DNA of 11,164 bases, from the NCBI GenBank assembly GCA_023136205.1, contig JAGLRQ010000110.1, forward strand, positions 1-11,164. The letters are read 5' to 3'. This document shows, in pieces, positions 7,264 through 11,164 of this stretch. This DNA is from Candidatus Auribacterota bacterium (lineage in GTDB: Bacteria > Auribacterota > UBA6266). Position 1 is the first letter of the stretch. Every line of letters begins with the position of its first letter. Below the pieces are notes generated by a model. The model saw only the letters and a program-made list of their open reading frames with translations, was not told the origin of the DNA and ran no database searches. A program made the position numbers and the translations under genes.

Positions 7264-8436
7264 TTACTCTTTTTTGGCTTCCCGGAGGGATGCAATCTTT
7301 TCTTCAATTGCTTCCACCTTAATACCCTTGTAGTTCTCAAGCAAATGCTTATAAATATCAATAGCTTTCTGCGGTTGATCCAACTGTTCATGATAAATTC
7401 TAGCGCTCGTAATCAGAGATTGCGCGGCTAAAGGAGTCCCGGAAGATAAATCGGCCAGCTCCCGAAAATAACGAATTGCATCATCCCATTTTCTCAAAGA
7501 AACCGCGGCGGCAGTGATATATTTCAAAGATAAAACCGCATATCCTTTTAATGTTTTTTCAGCTTCAATATTCTGGAGCTGGTCTAACTCTTCCTGGGCT
7601 TCTATATATTTACGGCTTTCCTCCTGGATTTTTCCATACTCCTCCACCGCCTTCTTATAGGCAGTTTCAGACTGCCGGACGGAAGGCAGTTCCTCCTGAT
7701 AAATAACCGCGATTTTACACAAAGATTCTACGGCTAAAGGGGTTCCCGCATAAGCATTCGCCCGGGCTTGCAGATATTCAGCCGCTTTACTCCATTTCTT
7801 CTGTTCAACCAAAGCCGCAATAATAAATTTCTGGGCTGTCAAAGAAGCAAACGTATCAGGATGTTCCTTAATGACCTTCTCATATCCTTCAATAGCCTCT
7901 TTGTAAGCACCCTCAGCTTTTTCATTCATATTCTTGCTTTTATAATACTGTGCTATGTAAAGAGGTACCTGATAAGCAGCATAGGTTTCCGGATAATCGG
8001 ACACCATTTTCTTGTAGTTTTCAAGGGCTTTATTCCATTTGTTTTCATCCTCATATATTTTCCCTATGGCAAATAGGGCGCTCGCGCAGGTATTGGCATC
8101 CTGAGGAAACTCCTTCAAAACCTTTGTAAGCTCACCTTTTGCTTTGGACATATTATTCTGAAGAGCGTAAAGCTGTCCGATTGTCAGTTGAGCCCTCGGG
8201 CTATACTTCCACTTCGGGAATTTAAAAACAAGCTTCCGGAAAGCAAGGATAACTTCCTCATAATCTTTCGGAGCCGCGGTTTCAATATTCTCCTTTAACT
8301 TGGCAAAAGATTTATTCGCCTGCCACAATAACTTCTCCGCTTCATACTCTCCGCCGCCGCATCCGGTTATAAGCAGTACAGAAACCATAAATAATATATA
8401 AAGTATTTTTCTACCGTCATTTATTCTCATAAACAT
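7264..8436 (-). CDS. TPR-repeat lipoprotein (YbgF/BamD-like repeats)
   Basis: 390-aa ORF whose ATG 8436..8434 overlaps the upstream TGA by 1 nt (TGATG). The signal peptide has a lipobox, ILYILFMVSVLLITG|C (Cys26, codon 8361..8359). The remainder shows helical repeats of the xFPxxxYxxxAxxxxGxxY type. Confidence 0.8.
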   Translation of the reverse strand: MFMRINDGRKILYILFMVSVLLITGCGGGEYEAEKLLWQANKSFAKLKENIETAAPKDYEEVILAFRKLVFKFPKWKYSPRAQLTIGQLYALQNNMSKAKGELTKVLKEFPQDANTCASALFAIGKIYEDENKWNKALENYKKMVSDYPETYAAYQVPLYIAQYYKSKNMNEKAEGAYKEAIEGYEKVIKEHPDTFASLTAQKFIIAALVEQKKWSKAAEYLQARANAYAGTPLAVESLCKIAVIYQEELPSVRQSETAYKKAVEEYGKIQEESRKYIEAQEELDQLQNIEAEKTLKGYAVLSLKYITAAAVSLRKWDDAIRYFRELADLSSGTPLAAQSLITSARIYHEQLDQPQKAIDIYKHLLENYKGIKVEAIEEKIASLREAKKE

Positions 8437-9290
8437 CAGGCCTCCGTTTCTTTTGTCAGGATAAACAAATTTGTAATTGAGGTCATCACAAGGAAATCAG
8501 CAACAAAAGCCACTGCAATACCCAGCCCAAGCACAATCAGAGCCGCCTCAGGAAAATTTCTGAAGGCATAAGACATTAAACGTACTCTTGACAGTATCAA
8601 TAAAACCTCAAAAAATCTTGGAGCCGCGATCAGAATAAACATGGTTAAAAAAACCCTTTTTGAGGCAAAAAGACTTCTTTTAATGGCACTGAATAATTTT
8701 CTTTTCTCAATTATTGCCGCAGGATAAGAAAATACCAGGAAAGCTTCGATAATAAGGACAAAGAGATACCCGCTATAACGCACTACCCTGATAAGAATTG
8801 GGAATAGGTCACTGTCCGAAAAAGTTTTAACCACCAGCCACATTGATCCTCTCATAACAGCAAAACTTATAATAAAAGTAACTATCCAGACACCGGCAAG
8901 AGTAAAATACCTTCTGACAGATTTATTAAGGCTGCCGGCGATTCTCGGTTTTTCTCCCGCGCTCACCTGAAAAATAAGATTCACAGCCATGCCGAACATC
9001 AGCACGCCCACAGTTAACATAATTCCTATCTGCATATAGTAAAACATTTTAGGCAAAAGCAGGAAATTAGCGGGGTAATGCAAATAGCGTAAGTTAGAAA
9101 ACGCTTTTATAAGCGGAGCGAATATTTTGGACAACGGATAGCGCGGAGAATAAAACAAGATAGTCAGAGCAACCGCGTTAAAAACCGCGGTCACAAAAAA
9201 TGGCAAAATAATACACGGGCGTTTCCTTACCATTTTAAAAGTCATAGACCAAACTGACTTCGCTACACCAAAACTTTCTTTAATTCTCAT
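8436..9290 (-). CDS. Polytopic inner-membrane protein, family not recognised
   Basis: 284-aa ORF with an ATG start at 9290. About six hydrophobic segments are visible, for example CIILPFFVTAVFNAVALTILFY, MQIGIMLTVGVLMFGMAVNLIF, LAGVWIVTFIISFAV, YLFVLIIEAFLVFSYPAAII, VFLTMFILIAAP and ALIVLGLGIAVAFVADFLV. It is the first gene of the cassette and its stop overlaps the next start. Confidence 0.7.
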   Translation of the reverse strand: MRIKESFGVAKSVWSMTFKMVRKRPCIILPFFVTAVFNAVALTILFYSPRYPLSKIFAPLIKAFSNLRYLHYPANFLLLPKMFYYMQIGIMLTVGVLMFGMAVNLIFQVSAGEKPRIAGSLNKSVRRYFTLAGVWIVTFIISFAVMRGSMWLVVKTFSDSDLFPILIRVVRYSGYLFVLIIEAFLVFSYPAAIIEKRKLFSAIKRSLFASKRVFLTMFILIAAPRFFEVLLILSRVRLMSYAFRNFPEAALIVLGLGIAVAFVADFLVMTSITNLFILTKETEA

Positions 9291-9310
9291 ATAATCATCC
9301 CATGGATATT

Positions 9311-9342
9311 GGTTATTAGGTTACTGAGTTATTTAGTTATTA
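9311..9342 (+). repeat. Array C: four contiguous in-phase 8-bp units RGTTAYTN (GGTTATTA GGTTACTG AGTTATTT AGTTATTA)
   Basis: Read directly from the sequence. It lies 21-52 bp upstream of the ATG at 9290. Bases 9311..9333 repeat at 9428..9450 with 21/23 identity. Confidence 0.8.
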
Positions 9343-9419
9343 AATAATCGAAATTCCAGCAACTTTTAATGCCTTAACTGCTATATAATGATATCATAGA
9401 AGTCAAAAAAATTAATTTG

Positions 9420-9451
9420 GATTATTGAGTTATTAGGTTACTAAGTTATTG
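9420..9451 (+). repeat. Array B: one degenerate unit (GATTATTG) plus three good 8-bp units (AGTTATTA GGTTACTA AGTTATTG)
   Basis: Read directly from the sequence. It has the same orientation as array C and is offset from it by 117 bp. Confidence 0.8.
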
Positions 9452-9509
9452 GGCTGCCGCTGCTTTCTTTAGATATGAAATATAACCGTTTAAGACTTTC
9501 CATATAATT

Positions 9510-9533
9510 CAGTAACTTAATAACTTAGCAACT
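9510..9533 (-). repeat. Array A: three 8-bp units in inverted orientation (minus strand reads AGTTGCTA AGTTATTA AGTTACTG)
   Basis: Read directly from the sequence. It ends 4 nt from the wecA stop codon (9540..9538). Bases 9519..9532 are complementary to 9437..9450 in array B: 14 bp, with the single mismatch becoming a G-U pair in minus-sense RNA. Confidence 0.8.
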
Positions 9534-9537
9534 GTTT

Positions 9538-10575
9538 TTATTTAAAATCCAAAAACCCTGATTTTCTTATCCAGTCAAAAGTAACTACAATGACAAGGCC
9601 CAGCGCGGCAATAGCAAATATTCCCCTAATCCCGGTAAAACTCAAGGCAATCAATCCAAAACAACAGCATAAGAAATACATTGATAAAACAACCTTGCTG
9701 TGGGATTTTCTGTCTATCAAAAGCTGGTGATGTATATGTTCCTTATCCGCGTGGAATATATGCAGTCCTCTCATTAATCTTCTTAAAACCGCCAGTGTAA
9801 CATCTATAATCGGTATGCCAAGAGCTATTATGGGAACTATAAGCGCTATTATGGTCCTGCTCTTATTAAAACCTTCAAGGGCTATAGTTGCCAACACAAG
9901 GCCAAGAAACATACTGCCGGCATTGCCCATAAATATCTTCGCGGGTGAAAAATTAAACGGCAAAAACCCGATACAACTGCCTACCAAAGCCGCCGCTAAA
10001 AACGCGGTTACCACATTGTCCTGCTTCAAAGCCGCCAAAAACAGGAAAAAAGCTATTATAGCGGTAATTCCGCTTGCAAGGCCATCCAATCCATCTAAAA
10101 AATTTATAGCATTAATAAGGCCTACTATCCAGATCACGGTAAAAAGAAGGCCGAAAAAGCCCACGTGTAGAGTACCCCCAACTGGATTTGTGATTTCTTC
10201 AATCCCGTAACCACACACAATTAAAATTGCTGCCACTAATATCTGAACAACAAGCTTAAATTTCGCGTTCATACCCTTGACATCGTCATAAACACCCAGG
10301 CCGACAATAATCATCGCTCCAAGATATAACCCTATGTATTTAACCGAAAAATCCCTCATTTCATCAGGAGCAAAGAAGAAAGACGCGAACATGGCTGACA
10401 TAAAAGCAAGATACATTGCAACCCCGCCCATTGTAGGCATTTTTGTCGCATGAACCTTACGGTGCCCGGGCCTGTCATAAATGCCTTTGACCATAGCAAT
10501 TTTTTTGACTAACGGAGTTAACACAAGGGAAATGGCCCCTGCAATCAGAAATACATATAGATAATAACTAAGCAA
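9538..10575 (-). CDS. wecA: UDP-GlcNAc:undecaprenyl-phosphate GlcNAc-1-phosphate transferase (WecA/TagO type, MraY-like family)
   Basis: 345-aa polytopic ORF with a TTG start at 10575 and AAGGA 8 nt upstream. Family signatures are LTPLVKKIAMVKGIYDRPGHRKVHATKMPTMGG, VYDDVKG, NAINFLDGLDGLASG and MGNAGSMFLG. The cytoplasmic-loop HIHH motif (codons 9738..9727) is associated with GlcNAc specificity in E. coli WecA. Confidence 0.88.
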   Translation of the reverse strand: MLSYYLYVFLIAGAISLVLTPLVKKIAMVKGIYDRPGHRKVHATKMPTMGGVAMYLAFMSAMFASFFFAPDEMRDFSVKYIGLYLGAMIIVGLGVYDDVKGMNAKFKLVVQILVAAILIVCGYGIEEITNPVGGTLHVGFFGLLFTVIWIVGLINAINFLDGLDGLASGITAIIAFFLFLAALKQDNVVTAFLAAALVGSCIGFLPFNFSPAKIFMGNAGSMFLGLVLATIALEGFNKSRTIIALIVPIIALGIPIIDVTLAVLRRLMRGLHIFHADKEHIHHQLLIDRKSHSKVVLSMYFLCCCFGLIALSFTGIRGIFAIAALGLVIVVTFDWIRKSGFLDFK

Positions 10576-10672
10576 CTTTTATTTCCTTATCTTAGAAGAC
10601 GTTTTGCTAATTTGATAGCCTCTTCTGCGGCTTGAATATTTTTTTCTGCGCCTTGCCTTGAAAACTTCCTTA

Positions 10673-11164
10673 TTAGCAAACTCCCAAAACAGCGGCTTCA
10701 AATACCTCTTTTTTAAAAAGTTTGAGTTCGCTCTTGTCCTCGAGAAACCGCTCAACGTCTTTCTTCGCGGCTTCAAAATCAACCTTTTCAATTCTATCCA
10801 TGATAAATGTCTTCAAATTATCCTTTGTGATGGCCGACAAACGGCCCTGCGTCTGTTCTATCGCGTTATTAAGCAGGGGCAAATTCGGTTTGATGCCTTT
10901 ACCCGCATACCAGAGGAGGTCGTAAAAATCCCTGCCCTTTGTATATTTCCTGAAGAAGCACGCATGCAGTTTCGTCGCCAGGAGCGAGGGCAAGTCAAAA
11001 TGCCTAATATTCAGGATAAACGCCTTATTGACAACCGTATCCTCAAGCTTACCTCCCTTTGGCGGATTTGTGTCAACCTCAAATTTTACGGAAAGGTTCT
11101 GCTCTTTAAAAGCGGAAAGCCCCAACTCGTTTAACAGCCCCGGAAATTTGATCATCATGCTGTG
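10673..11164 (-). CDS. Nucleotidyltransferase AbiEii/AbiGii toxin family protein (DUF1814), C-terminal part; N-terminus lies beyond base 11164
   Basis: The reading frame is still open upstream of the track ATG at 11158 (..HSMMIKF), so the gene probably starts outside the window. KFEVDTNPPKGG, LPSLLATKLHACFFRKYTKGRDFYDLLWY and FEAAKKDVERFL fit the C-terminal half of AbiEii-type toxins. The NTase motif would lie in the missing N-terminal part. Confidence 0.72.
   Translation of the reverse strand, partial: HSMMIKFPGLLNELGLSAFKEQNLSVKFEVDTNPPKGGKLEDTVVNKAFILNIRHFDLPSLLATKLHACFFRKYTKGRDFYDLLWYAGKGIKPNLPLLNNAIEQTQGRLSAITKDNLKTFIMDRIEKVDFEAAKKDVERFLEDKSELKLFKKEVFEAAVLGVC

Noticed and set aside
9345-9410. 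Promoter candidates in the exosortase-operon spacer: minus-strand TTGACT (9406..9401), plus-strand TATAAT (9384..9389), and a sigma54 GG-N10-GC search.
   Set aside because: TTGACT has no acceptable -10 at 16-18 nt; the best is TATAGC at 15 nt. The plus-strand TATAAT has no -35 and nothing to transcribe. No TGGCAC-N5-TTGC-like element was found. The operon promoter is left unassigned.
9441-9503. 20-codon minus-strand ORF (MESLKRLYFISKESSGSPIT) in the repeat spacer, considered as a possible exosortase cargo or leader peptide.
   Set aside because: It has no PEP motif, no TM helix or basic tail, no signal peptide and no RBS. It also ends inside repeat array B.
9311-9533. Repeat arrays considered as a CRISPR array, plasmid iterons or a MITE.
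   Set aside because: The units are 8 bp and contiguous with no spacers, so this is not a CRISPR array. They are much shorter than typical 17-22-bp iterons, and no rep gene is nearby. A MITE reading is not excluded, but there are no clear terminal inverted repeats with target-site duplication, so it is reported as a finding rather than called a mobile element.
10579-10791. 70-aa K/R-rich minus-strand ORF between the AbiEii gene and wecA.
   Set aside because: It starts with TTG, has no RBS and overlaps the AbiEii 3' end in another frame for about 119 nt. Its composition is what an A/G-rich strand yields out of frame. There is no ATG in the part downstream of the AbiEii stop.

Overview
AT-rich bacterial chromosomal window. 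All 12 supportable genes lie on the minus strand, and two are cut by the window edges. Family calls rest on motif recognition by eye, not on searches.

In transcription order (high to low coordinates):
- 3' part of an AbiEii/AbiGii-type nucleotidyltransferase toxin gene.
- A WecA-type polyprenyl-phosphate GlcNAc-1-P transferase.
- A 247-bp spacer carrying three arrays of an 8-bp repeat (RGTTAYTN).
- A tightly packed four-gene cassette: uncharacterised polytopic membrane protein, TPR lipoprotein, short exosortase, stand-alone EpsI.
- pgi, with its own extended -10 promoter.
- A three-gene unit: Zn-ribbon hypothetical, membrane-anchored RnfG/NqrC-like FMN-binding protein, B12-domain radical SAM protein.
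- A 271-bp spacer with a near-consensus sigma70 promoter.
- A DUF2344 radical-SAM-linked protein whose stop overlaps the start of RNase G.

I saw no rRNA, tRNA, CRISPR array, transposase, integrase or convincing intrinsic terminator.

Most worth following up:
1. The exosortase cassette, with an unrecognised membrane partner and no cargo in view.
2. The octamer repeat arrays in front of it.
3. The function-unknown radical SAM / DUF2344 / RNase G module, with its long leader and unusual co-transcribed partners.
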